From: Candidatus Enterousia intestinigallinarum
GTDB lineage: Bacteria; Pseudomonadota; Alphaproteobacteria; Rs-D84
Assembly: GCA_018716885.1 (NCBI GenBank)
Contig: DVJI01000013.1
Coordinates: 10,794-74,793 of the forward strand
Length of the DNA: 64,000 nt
Direction: 5' to 3'
The translations under genes were made by a program, and so were the position numbers. Positions 48,363 through 57,463 of the stretch are shown piece by piece. The notes beneath the pieces are model-generated. The model did no database searches. It was not told the origin of the DNA and was given only the letters and a program-made list of their open reading frames with translations. How positions within the stretch are numbered: position 1 is the first letter of the stretch; every line of letters starts with the position of its first letter.

Positions 48363-49088
48363 TTATCTATTTTCATCGTCGCGCATAAACAGCAAACTAG
48401 CTTCGAACAATCCCCACATCGGCAATGCCAGCAGTATTTGCGAAACAACATCCGGCGGTGTCAGCACGGCGGCCACCGTCACAATCAAAACTATTGCATA
48501 GCGACGCATTTTTACCGCACGTGCACGCGACAGTATTCCAACCCGGTTCAACAATACCAACACAAGCGGTAATTGGAACGCCAACCCAAAAACCTTTAGC
48601 ATACCGATTGAAAAAGACAGATAATCGGTTGCGGCCGGCATAATCACGGCGGGCACCGGTGCGGACTGGTTCATTTCTATAAAGAACCCAAAAACGAACG
48701 GAAACAATATATAAAACGCAAACGCAGCGCCACACAGGAACAAAATTGGCGATGCAATCAAAATCGGCCAAATAACACGCCGTTCCCCGCGATGCAACCC
48801 CGGTGCGATATATGCCCATATCTGCCACAGGGCAAACGGCGTCGTCACGAACAGCGCGAACAAAACCGACAAAGAAAACCGAATCATCAGCCCGTCCGCC
48901 AAGCCGTTATACAATAACTCGCCATCGGGCCAAACGCGTAACAACGGCGTGGTCAATACCGTCTGCAGCCACGGCGACAAATACCACCCCGCAACCAGCG
49001 CAATCACAAACACAACAAACGTCCACAATATGCGCCGACGCAATTCGGCAAAATGCTGTCCCAGGGTCATACGTGTTTTTGTCTTCAT
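48363..49088 (-). CDS. tatC: Twin-arginine translocase subunit TatC
   Basis: 6-TM TatC. FAELRRR near the N-terminus. Confidence 0.85.
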   Translation of the reverse strand: MKTKTRMTLGQHFAELRRRILWTFVVFVIALVAGWYLSPWLQTVLTTPLLRVWPDGELLYNGLADGLMIRFSLSVLFALFVTTPFALWQIWAYIAPGLHRGERRVIWPILIASPILFLCGAAFAFYILFPFVFGFFIEMNQSAPVPAVIMPAATDYLSFSIGMLKVFGLAFQLPLVLVLLNRVGILSRARAVKMRRYAIVLIVTVAAVLTPPDVVSQILLALPMWGLFEASLLFMRDDENR

Positions 49089-49420
49089 TTACGTTTGCCC
49101 CCCGCTTTTTTAGTTTTTGTCGTTGTGCGCGTTACAACACGACCGGCTTTTTTGCCTGTCTTTTTTTTCATCCCCAATGGTTCTGATATTCCGTCCAACA
49201 TATCCGCCGTTGTTGTGCGAATTAAATCGTCAATGGGCTTTTCCAGGTCGATTTGTTGACGTATTTGTTCGGACGCATCGGTTATTTTCCAAACCATTTT
49301 GCGCACAAAAGTTACCACAGACGCCAAAAATCGCGCCACATCCGGCCACAACCGTGCCGGTATTACCAAAACACCGACCAATAAAATTACTAAAAATTCG
49401 GCCCAACTGATTCCAAACAT
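49085..49420 (-). CDS. tatB: Twin-arginine translocase subunit TatB
   Basis: MFGISWAEFLVILLVGVLVIPARL N-terminal helix plus an amphipathic helix. Adjacent to tatC. Confidence 0.7.
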   Translation of the reverse strand: MFGISWAEFLVILLVGVLVIPARLWPDVARFLASVVTFVRKMVWKITDASEQIRQQIDLEKPIDDLIRTTTADMLDGISEPLGMKKKTGKKAGRVVTRTTTKTKKAGGKRK

Positions 49421-49422
49421 AT

Positions 49423-50037
49423 TTAATCATAAAATGAGTCACCGCCACTGGTGCTGACCGTCTTGTGACGCTGAATCTGAAAATAGTCCGACGGAAAATC
49501 CGTTTTTGTACGTAAATCATAAAACGCGACATCTGTTTTGGCGCCCGTCGCATCTATCACTGTCCAAGAATTCAATTTCACCGGATTCTTGTCAAACACG
49601 ACGGTCATATTCCCAATTCCTTCCTGGCCGCGCAAGTTCATTTTCAATGAAAAAGTATTATCCATATCGGCGGTATCAACAACATTTATGTCCGCATTGC
49701 GCAAATCTATATTTTCACGAATAAGTATGCCGGCTGGCGTGCTGGTCAATGGCACCGTTGTAATCTGATCCAACGACCGGTCAAAGAAATACAAATCCCG
49801 CCCGTCGGAAATCAACTGTACCGGCATATTATCATAATCCAAACGTACACGTCCGGGTCGCAGCATCGCAAATGTGCCACGTTCCTGATTACCGTTGGCG
49901 GTTTGTACAAACGTACCCTGTAATCCAGTTATGGAATTCAAATATTTTTCTGCCGCAGAAACCAATGTCGCGTCCGTTGCGGCCGCGGCTACACCGCACA
50001 TCATAATTCCGACAAATGCGGATAATATTTTTCTCAT
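49423..50037 (-). CDS. lolA: Outer-membrane lipoprotein carrier protein LolA
   Basis: Signal peptide. FxQ...RPGRVRLDY...ISDGRDLYFFD pattern. Confidence 0.7.
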   Translation of the reverse strand: MRKILSAFVGIMMCGVAAAATDATLVSAAEKYLNSITGLQGTFVQTANGNQERGTFAMLRPGRVRLDYDNMPVQLISDGRDLYFFDRSLDQITTVPLTSTPAGILIRENIDLRNADINVVDTADMDNTFSLKMNLRGQEGIGNMTVVFDKNPVKLNSWTVIDATGAKTDVAFYDLRTKTDFPSDYFQIQRHKTVSTSGGDSFYD

Positions 50038-50990
50038 TTCACCCCCCTGAATAACTCCAAAACACGCGCACGCACATTATCCAGCGAATCGTGCACAACG
50101 GCGCCGGCCGCACATACGTGGCCGCCCCCACCCAGCGCAGCCGCGATTTCGTTTACCGGCTGTGTCTTGCTGCGCAATGATACGCCCGTTTGATTTTCCT
50201 TTTGACGCTTTAACAATATTATGTATTCGACACCCTTTATTTGCCCCAGCAGTGATAAAACCGTTTCGCCGCGCCCGTCCAGGTTTTTATAATCCTTGGC
50301 ATCAATGGTGGCCAGCGCCACGCGCCCACGATAGAAAAATTCCGTACGTGATGCAACCGCCGCTTCGGTCAAAACTGTCTTGCGCGGTTTGTTGTTCAAC
50401 AAATTAGACACGTGTTCTATACTAACGCCCTCATCCACTAATTGCGCCATAATGCGTAACGCCGCCCCACGGCGTGCATATTTGAAAAATCCAGTATCCG
50501 TCAGTATGGATATTGCAATCAGTTCATCAACAGCATTGTCACGCGTCCACTTTAATTTTTTTGCAATATTAAAAATAATTTCACCAACGGCGGCCGCATC
50601 AGTATCGTTCAGGCACACATCGCCAATCGTATCGTCGTTTTTATGGTGGTCTATTTCTATTACACAGGCGGCGGATTCAACGGCCGGCATAATACCACCA
50701 ATATGGTTTTTTGTACCATAATCCAATAACAGAACCAAATCAAACGGACGCGTTAAATCCACACGTCCATAAAAATGCATATGTTCCCGCAACGGCACGT
50801 TATCCAACATATCCGGCACATTGCCATCATAAACACACAGTGCATCTATACCGAAATTCAGTTTTATCAGCCGCGCCAGTGCCAGCACCGAACACATCGC
50901 GTCACCATCCGGATTTTTATGTCCGGCAATCAGTATTGTGCGTGCACCACTAACTTTTTCGACAAAAATGTTTATATCGTCCGTTTTCAT
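50034..50990 (-). CDS. nrnA: DHH/DHHA1 phosphoesterase (NrnA-like oligoribonuclease/pAp phosphatase)
   Basis: DHH motif (IEIDHH). GGGH in the DHHA1 domain. Confidence 0.7.
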   Translation of the reverse strand: MKTDDINIFVEKVSGARTILIAGHKNPDGDAMCSVLALARLIKLNFGIDALCVYDGNVPDMLDNVPLREHMHFYGRVDLTRPFDLVLLLDYGTKNHIGGIMPAVESAACVIEIDHHKNDDTIGDVCLNDTDAAAVGEIIFNIAKKLKWTRDNAVDELIAISILTDTGFFKYARRGAALRIMAQLVDEGVSIEHVSNLLNNKPRKTVLTEAAVASRTEFFYRGRVALATIDAKDYKNLDGRGETVLSLLGQIKGVEYIILLKRQKENQTGVSLRSKTQPVNEIAAALGGGGHVCAAGAVVHDSLDNVRARVLELFRGVK

Positions 50991-50998
50991 ATTTATAC

Positions 50999-52762
50999 TT
51001 ATACCGCAATATCTTCCAGAAAGAACTGTGCGCTGATATGCCCGTTGTATTCGTTTTCCTTTAATTTGCCCAACAACATTATTTTAGTGTTTGCATTTGC
51101 ATCGTCCAGCAAAAAATCACCGACCGGCGTTCCGACCAGATTAAATCCGACAAAGGCCAACTGTGTCCCCGCACTGGTTGCGACACTGCCACGCAGATGC
51201 GCCCCGCCACCCATTGTCGTTGCAAAACGTAATGTCGCACCGTTCAAAATCAGTGTCGGTTCGGGGTTACCCTGGCCAAACGGCGCCAACGCATTTAATT
51301 TGTTCACCAGTTTCAGCGTCGCCCCGCCCGCGTCCATTTCCGCATCGGCAACAATTTCGCGATGCGGCATAACGCCGTTTAACTGCGTACGAACGGCCTG
51401 TTCCAGAAATTCACAAAATTTCCCCTCATTTTCGGCCGACAAAGAAAATCCCGCCGCGGCCGCGTGACCGCCACCTTCGGACACGATTCCAGCGGCCAAT
51501 GCATCGTGTATAATATGCCCCAAATCAACACCGGGTATCGAACGACCAGAACCATTTATAACCCCGTCCGACCGCGTTGCGACACACGACGGCAGATTAT
51601 ATTTATCCTTCAGCCGGCCGGCAATTATGCCCATCACCCCACCGTGCCAGTTATCGCCACAGACAAACAAACTGCACCGGCCGGCGTCACAACACTTTTG
51701 CGCCATATCACCCGCCGCAACCATAATGGCGTTTTGTATGTCTATTCTATCCTGGTTCATCTGGTGCAGTTTATGCGCCAAATCATTTGCAATCAGCGGA
51801 TTGTCCGTCAACAGCAATTCCAACGCTGGCGCCGCCGAATCCAAACGTCCCGCCGCATTCAAACGTGGCCCCAATGCAAATCCCGCGGCATAAACGGACG
51901 GCTTTTTAATTCCGGCCACATCCATCAGCGTCCGCAGCCCCAAATTATTACGCAGTCCCAAAACTTTTAGCCCCGTTGCAACAAACGCCCGGTTCAATCC
52001 AACCAGTGGCATAGTGTCACAAATCGTCCCCAACGCGACCAAATCCAGATAATTCATCGGGTTCGTGTCGGCAATGCGTCGCGCCATATCGTCCGACACG
52101 TCACGCGCACGCAGTTCACGCCGCGTCGCGACCAATGTCAGGAACGCAACCCCCACCCCCGCCAGATATGACAGTCCCGACGTGTCGTCCGCACGTTTGG
52201 GATTTACAACCGCATCCGCCGCCGGCAATACCGCATCCGGCGAATGATGATCCGTAACAACAACGCGCAGCCCCAATGACTTTGCGTATGCAACCTCTGC
52301 CACGCCGCTGATACCGCAATCGACGGTTATTATCAGACGTGCCCCCCCGCGCGCGATTTCATCTATCGCCCCGGTGTTCAGGCCGTATCCTTCACCTTCG
52401 CGCGTTGGCAAATGCCAAACCACGTCGGCACCAATAGAACGCAAATATTTAACAAATATTGCCGTAGATGTTATGCCATCAACGTCATAGTCGCCATAAA
52501 TCGCAATTTTGTCATTATTTAGTATGCTATCTGCTATTATTTTTGCGGCCACGTCCATATCACGCATAACAGACGGGTTTGGCATATAATCCTTTATACA
52601 GGGATTCAAGAATTTTTCCATTGCCGCCATATCAGTCACACCGCGACTGATTAAAATTTTCTGTACCAAATTATCCGCATTACTTGGACTGTTATCATCA
52701 CCAGGATACGTCGCCACCGCCCATACCTGGCCCAGGATGGACTTTTCTACTACCTTTCTCAC
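50999..52762 (-). CDS. recJ: Single-stranded-DNA-specific exonuclease RecJ
   Basis: DHH (VVTDHHSP), DHHA1, OB-fold C-terminus. Confidence 0.85.
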   Translation of the reverse strand: MRKVVEKSILGQVWAVATYPGDDNSPSNADNLVQKILISRGVTDMAAMEKFLNPCIKDYMPNPSVMRDMDVAAKIIADSILNNDKIAIYGDYDVDGITSTAIFVKYLRSIGADVVWHLPTREGEGYGLNTGAIDEIARGGARLIITVDCGISGVAEVAYAKSLGLRVVVTDHHSPDAVLPAADAVVNPKRADDTSGLSYLAGVGVAFLTLVATRRELRARDVSDDMARRIADTNPMNYLDLVALGTICDTMPLVGLNRAFVATGLKVLGLRNNLGLRTLMDVAGIKKPSVYAAGFALGPRLNAAGRLDSAAPALELLLTDNPLIANDLAHKLHQMNQDRIDIQNAIMVAAGDMAQKCCDAGRCSLFVCGDNWHGGVMGIIAGRLKDKYNLPSCVATRSDGVINGSGRSIPGVDLGHIIHDALAAGIVSEGGGHAAAAGFSLSAENEGKFCEFLEQAVRTQLNGVMPHREIVADAEMDAGGATLKLVNKLNALAPFGQGNPEPTLILNGATLRFATTMGGGAHLRGSVATSAGTQLAFVGFNLVGTPVGDFLLDDANANTKIMLLGKLKENEYNGHISAQFFLEDIAV

Positions 52763-52805
52763 GCTGCACTCTTTTATTTATTATCAAAATAATTATAATC
52801 AAAAA

Positions 52806-54431
52806 TTATTCAAATAGCAACGGCAGTATACTATCAAGAATTTTTCCCGTTGTCGGCACGGCGTTCCACGCCGCGGTACGCAGCCCAAATGAATCTTCGG
52901 TTCCGTGCGGTTCATCCAAAATAACTAATATAGTGTACTGTGGGGCGGATACCGGGAAAATACCCGCAAATGCAGTCAGGTTCTTTTTATGATTTATTTT
53001 TCCATTTTCATATTTTTCCGCGGTTGCAGTTTTTCCACCTATTTGAATGCCGGCAACACGCGCCTTGCGTCCCCCAGTTTCTTCGGCAATTTGAAACATA
53101 ACCTGGCGCAGGCGTGCCGATATATCATCGGGCAGCACACGTTCACCGCTTATGGGTCCAACACCGCGCTTCAATAAAGTCGGATAAATATAAATGCCAC
53201 CATTTGTCATCGCATTTACCGCCAGCAACAAATGCATCGGCGTTACGGAAATACCGTGTCCAAACGACAGCGTCGCCCGTTCAACAGGCCCCCACTTTGC
53301 CGGCATCAGCGGCCGTTCGGTCGTACCGAATTCTAAATCCAACGCTTCGTCCAGATGCAGACGATGGAAAAATTCCTCTTGCGTGCCGTCTGGTAAATCC
53401 AGCGCAATCTGTGCGCTGCCAGCATTACACGAATGCAACATAATTTCTTCTATGGTCAGGTTCGGACGTGGCGGCTTAAAACTGCGCACATCACTGATAC
53501 GTGCGGCAACACGACCAAATTTATCCTTTATTTCAAACGGCTTTGCCACATAGTATTCTTTGTCTATGCCGTTTTCCATCGCCATTGCGGTATTGAAAAT
53601 TTTGAATATAGACCCCATTTCAAACACACCGCGCAATGGCATAAACAAGCGGTTGGACGCCGGATCCATATTTATATTTTCCGGGTCAAAATCCGGCAGC
53701 GACACCATCGCAATCATTTCACCAGTGCGCGAATTCATCAACAATCCCATCGCAGCACGCGCCTGATACTTCTGCATTGCCATAGTCAGTTGTTCATAAA
53801 ACACCGATTGGATTCGTGCATCCAGTGATAACTGCAACGGGTCAGTATTTTCACGCAGGTAATCGTCATATATGCGTTCGGCCCCCTCCAGTCCGTATCC
53901 GTCGCGTCCAACAAAACCAACCACGTGCGAAAACAATCTGCGCTTTGGATAGCGGCGCTTTTGTTCCGATTCGATTTCTAATCCGGGCTGTTTAGCACTT
54001 TCCACCACATCACGTTGTGAATCAGACGCATATTTTTTTACATATATGAACTTACGCGATGAATTTACCAAATCCAACGCCTGACTCAATGTGTACTCAT
54101 ACGGCAAAATCTGGTGAATTATCTGTGCGACTGTGTCGCGATTTTTAACATACGGTGGCCGCAACGTAATATGACCGGACATAATATTTTTTGCCAATAT
54201 ATCACCGTTTCTGTCGACAATATCCGCACGTTGTGCCAACCACGCCCCATCTGCACCCGCACGACGCGCGCGGTCTGTCCCCTCAATCCCCAGCATCAGT
54301 GTACGCCCGACGAACAGGACAAACGCCGCCACAAAAACATAATACACGACACGCATACGCCGGCGGCCGCGCTTGTCACCAGACGCACTGAAAAAACCGT
54401 GTTTGAAAATATCCCTGCCGATTTCGAACAT
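52806..54431 (-). CDS. ftsI: Peptidoglycan D,D-transpeptidase (FtsI/PBP3-like class B PBP)
   Basis: N-terminal TM. Dimerisation domain. SxxK (GSIFK), SCN, KTAT. Confidence 0.8.
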   Translation of the reverse strand: MFEIGRDIFKHGFFSASGDKRGRRRMRVVYYVFVAAFVLFVGRTLMLGIEGTDRARRAGADGAWLAQRADIVDRNGDILAKNIMSGHITLRPPYVKNRDTVAQIIHQILPYEYTLSQALDLVNSSRKFIYVKKYASDSQRDVVESAKQPGLEIESEQKRRYPKRRLFSHVVGFVGRDGYGLEGAERIYDDYLRENTDPLQLSLDARIQSVFYEQLTMAMQKYQARAAMGLLMNSRTGEMIAMVSLPDFDPENINMDPASNRLFMPLRGVFEMGSIFKIFNTAMAMENGIDKEYYVAKPFEIKDKFGRVAARISDVRSFKPPRPNLTIEEIMLHSCNAGSAQIALDLPDGTQEEFFHRLHLDEALDLEFGTTERPLMPAKWGPVERATLSFGHGISVTPMHLLLAVNAMTNGGIYIYPTLLKRGVGPISGERVLPDDISARLRQVMFQIAEETGGRKARVAGIQIGGKTATAEKYENGKINHKKNLTAFAGIFPVSAPQYTILVILDEPHGTEDSFGLRTAAWNAVPTTGKILDSILPLLFE

Positions 54432-54434
54432 ATG

Positions 54435-54752
54435 TTATTGTTGCGCCGTTTCTTCCCTGGTTGGTAAATCATAGACCGATACGTGTTTATGAAAACTTAT
54501 AACCTCTGCCTTTGGATAGACACTGGTCACCAAATTGCGCAAAATTTCCGGCCGAACATAGGACGCAAAGTCCGCCTGGGCAACGGCGATATCTTGTTGG
54601 GTCTGGACAATGGACGTGCGAACACGATTTCGCATCTTGTTCTGGGTGCGATAGCATACCTGTAATACAGCGGACAACATAAATACCAAGCACAATGCCC
54701 AAAAACCGATATAAAACATTTTTTTTGCTTCGCCCATATATCCCGCACCCAC
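54435..54752 (-). CDS. ftsL: Cell division protein FtsL-like
   Basis: Small bitopic protein immediately upstream of ftsI. Confidence 0.45.
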   Translation of the reverse strand: MGAGYMGEAKKMFYIGFWALCLVFMLSAVLQVCYRTQNKMRNRVRTSIVQTQQDIAVAQADFASYVRPEILRNLVTSVYPKAEVISFHKHVSVYDLPTREETAQQ

Positions 54753-54775
54753 TTTTGTTTATCATAGTAATGTTA

Positions 54776-55138
54776 TCACAAATTCTGTAAAAAACTAATC
54801 ATAGAATTTACCCCGCCCAATCGCCCTGTTCCAAGATTCAGTTGCAGGCCAGCAAATTCATCCCCCAGGTTCATTTTTTTTATCTCGTCCGGCGTTTTAC
54901 CGTCAACCATAGCGGTAATAATTGCAACGATTCCACGTACCAATGCCGAATCGGCACGCCCGTAAAAACGGTTCCCGTCACGACAAATCTGCACCCAGGA
55001 CGCACACCCCACAATATCACTGCATACGGCCGAATCTGGCACGGGCGGCATATGCGCACCAAAATCCATAACAATTTCTAACTTTTCGGCCGCATCATCT
55101 GTCATAGACAATATTCGTTTCATTTCCGCATACGTCAT
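54776..55138 (-). CDS. sufE: SufE-family sulfur acceptor
   Basis: Start MTYAEMKRIL. SufE-like core with the conserved Cys region (CASWVQI). Confidence 0.65.
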   Translation of the reverse strand: MTYAEMKRILSMTDDAAEKLEIVMDFGAHMPPVPDSAVCSDIVGCASWVQICRDGNRFYGRADSALVRGIVAIITAMVDGKTPDEIKKMNLGDEFAGLQLNLGTGRLGGVNSMISFLQNL

Positions 55139-55143
55139 TACGA

Positions 55144-55458
55144 TTACCACCCCTGCTCTGTTAAATCCAGTTCCAACCGCGCCGCATCGGACATACGCGA
55201 TAAATCCCACGGCGGATCCCACACCAGTTCAACACGCACATCGCGCCCCCCGGAAATTGCGGCGACAGTATCGTGAACCTGTTGCAACAAATCTTCCATC
55301 ATCGGACAAGTGGGACTGGTGAACGTCATAGTTATAATGACATCAGAATCACTGATAGCAATATCATATATCAATCCCAAATCCCATATATTTACCGGTA
55401 TTTCCGGATCATAAACAGATTGCAAAACTTCAATAATGTTTTCCCGTGTCAGTTCCAT
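55144..55458 (-). CDS. sufT: DUF59 (MIP18/SufT-like) Fe-S assembly protein
   Basis: VYDPEIPVNIWDLGLIYDI...TSPTCP. Confidence 0.7.
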   Translation of the reverse strand: MELTRENIIEVLQSVYDPEIPVNIWDLGLIYDIAISDSDVIITMTFTSPTCPMMEDLLQQVHDTVAAISGGRDVRVELVWDPPWDLSRMSDAARLELDLTEQGW

Positions 55459-55460
55459 TG

Positions 55461-56600
55461 TTATTTAACCACACTTTCTATTATATCCGCGGCACGAACA
55501 ACATCATCCATAATATTCATTGAACCAACAGAAATACGTGCCGTACCATCCAATTTCAATACCCGGTGTATCCAACTGGCGCACATATTGCCGACCCGCA
55601 GGCATACCCCGCGTGTTCCAACCAACGCACCGAAGTCCAATATATGCATATCTGGGACATAAAAAGTCAACAATGTTGAATCACGCGGCGTTATAACACG
55701 AATACGGGGATTTTTGACAAATCTGTCATATAAATATTTTATTAAATTCAAATCAGGCCGATTCGCGACCAGATAATCTATGGCCGCCGGCAATCCAATA
55801 ATTTGTGTCACGGGCAACGTGCCGGCTTCAAACTTGGCCGGTGCTGGTTCCCACTGAAAAGCGACATTATGTTCAATAGCGCAGCCCGTTATTTTCGCAA
55901 TCATTCCGCCACCAAACTTATCTGGGCTTATCCACCGTTCTGGATTTTTTATATACATAATTCCCAAACCAGTGTCTGCCCCAATTTTATGCGCCGAAAA
56001 GCACATAAAATCACAATCCCATTTTTGAACATCAATTTCGCTATGTACAACATATTGCGCCGCATCTACAACTGTTATAACATCCGGATTTTTTTTACGT
56101 GCCGCAGCAACCAATCCGGCAACATCTTGGGGAATTCCCATAACATTTGACATAGCAGTTATAACAAAGACATCCGCATACTGCATATCCGAACACATCA
56201 AATTGTGCTGTGCATCCATTGGACACAGAACAATATTGCACGAATCAGAATCATATAACAGCTCGAACGGCAAACGCGCACTGTGATGATCTAAATCGGA
56301 CACCATCACAATTTTATTTTTTAATCCCGTTCCACACACTTTATCATTTATTATATGAGCGATTCTGTTCATACCATCTGTTGTTCCAGCGGTAAAAACA
56401 ACCTGTTCCGGTTTTGCATTTATAAATCGCGCAACACGCGCACGTGCATTTGCGACCAAATTATCAACATTACTGGCACGTGCACAAATACCCCGCCCGG
56501 CGTTAGCATACGATTCGTGCAAAAAATCCATCTCTGCCTTTATTACTGATTCAGGTTTCAATGCCGACGCGGCCGTATCTAAGTATATGATATTATTCAT
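55461..56600 (-). CDS. sufS: Cysteine desulfurase (SufS/NifS class V aminotransferase)
   Basis: Start MNNIIYLDTAASALKP. PLP Lys in SAHKIGADTG. Active-site Cys in the C-terminal domain. Confidence 0.85.
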   Translation of the reverse strand: MNNIIYLDTAASALKPESVIKAEMDFLHESYANAGRGICARASNVDNLVANARARVARFINAKPEQVVFTAGTTDGMNRIAHIINDKVCGTGLKNKIVMVSDLDHHSARLPFELLYDSDSCNIVLCPMDAQHNLMCSDMQYADVFVITAMSNVMGIPQDVAGLVAAARKKNPDVITVVDAAQYVVHSEIDVQKWDCDFMCFSAHKIGADTGLGIMYIKNPERWISPDKFGGGMIAKITGCAIEHNVAFQWEPAPAKFEAGTLPVTQIIGLPAAIDYLVANRPDLNLIKYLYDRFVKNPRIRVITPRDSTLLTFYVPDMHILDFGALVGTRGVCLRVGNMCASWIHRVLKLDGTARISVGSMNIMDDVVRAADIIESVVK

Positions 56601-56673
56601 TTTATGTTTTCTCTTGCATTTTGTGGCGATTATAATACACTCCTGAAAAATATCAACAAGGAAGGAGTTAAAG

Positions 56674-56994
56674 ATGGCTTTGGAACACGCAAATGACGCA
56701 ACATTTGAATCGCTGACAGGTTCTGGTTTGGCGTTGGTTGATTTCTGGGCACCTTGGTGCGGTCCGTGCCGTATGTTTGGGCCTATCTTTGAATCGACGT
56801 CCGAAAAAATTCCAGATGTCAAATTCATCAAATTTGAAATTGACGAATCAAACCGACGTACACCGGCGAAGTTTGGCATACGCAGTATCCCCAGTGTTCT
56901 GGCGTTCCGTAACGGTGAATTGGTTGAGGCGCGCACAGGCCTGATGGATGAAGAAACTCTTATGGATTGGATACGTGAACTAAAAGGATCCTAA
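56674..56994 (+). CDS. trxA: Thioredoxin
   Basis: WCGPC active site. 106 aa. Confidence 0.9.
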   Translation: MALEHANDATFESLTGSGLALVDFWAPWCGPCRMFGPIFESTSEKIPDVKFIKFEIDESNRRTPAKFGIRSIPSVLAFRNGELVEARTGLMDEETLMDWIRELKGS

Positions 56995-56996
56995 AG

Positions 56997-57425
56997 ATGG
57001 CAGCAAAAAATTATAAAAACATTGAATTACCACCAAAATACGTTCCTAAAAAATCGGAACCGTATATGTGTCCGGAACAACTGGCGTATTTCTATCAGTT
57101 ACTGACCGCACAAAAAGAAGAATTATTACACGACACAGCGTCAACATTGAACGCGGTTCGCCTGGCTGAAAAGGTTGATAACGAAGGCGTCGGTGACGAA
57201 TCGGACAACGCGACATTCGAACAGGAAATTACAATGAACCTGCGTATGTCAGAACGTGACAACAACCTGTTGAAAAAAATCAACGCCGCATTGGAACGAA
57301 TCGAAAACGGCACATATGGATACAGTGTTGTTTCCGGTGATGAAATCGGTCTGTCACGTATGTTGGCACGTCCGTTGGCAACAATGACCGTTGACGAACA
57401 GGAAGAATACGAAAAACGTAAATAA
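56997..57425 (+). CDS. dksA: DksA-family RNA polymerase-binding transcription factor (zinc-finger-less)
   Basis: Coiled-coil with the DxxDxA tip region. The C-terminus GTYGYSVVSGDEIGLSRMLARPLA lacks the four Cys residues. Confidence 0.7.
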   Translation: MAAKNYKNIELPPKYVPKKSEPYMCPEQLAYFYQLLTAQKEELLHDTASTLNAVRLAEKVDNEGVGDESDNATFEQEITMNLRMSERDNNLLKKINAALERIENGTYGYSVVSGDEIGLSRMLARPLATMTVDEQEEYEKRK

Positions 57426-57463
57426 GCAAATATTTACATTAAACGGGTGCCAAAAACGGCACC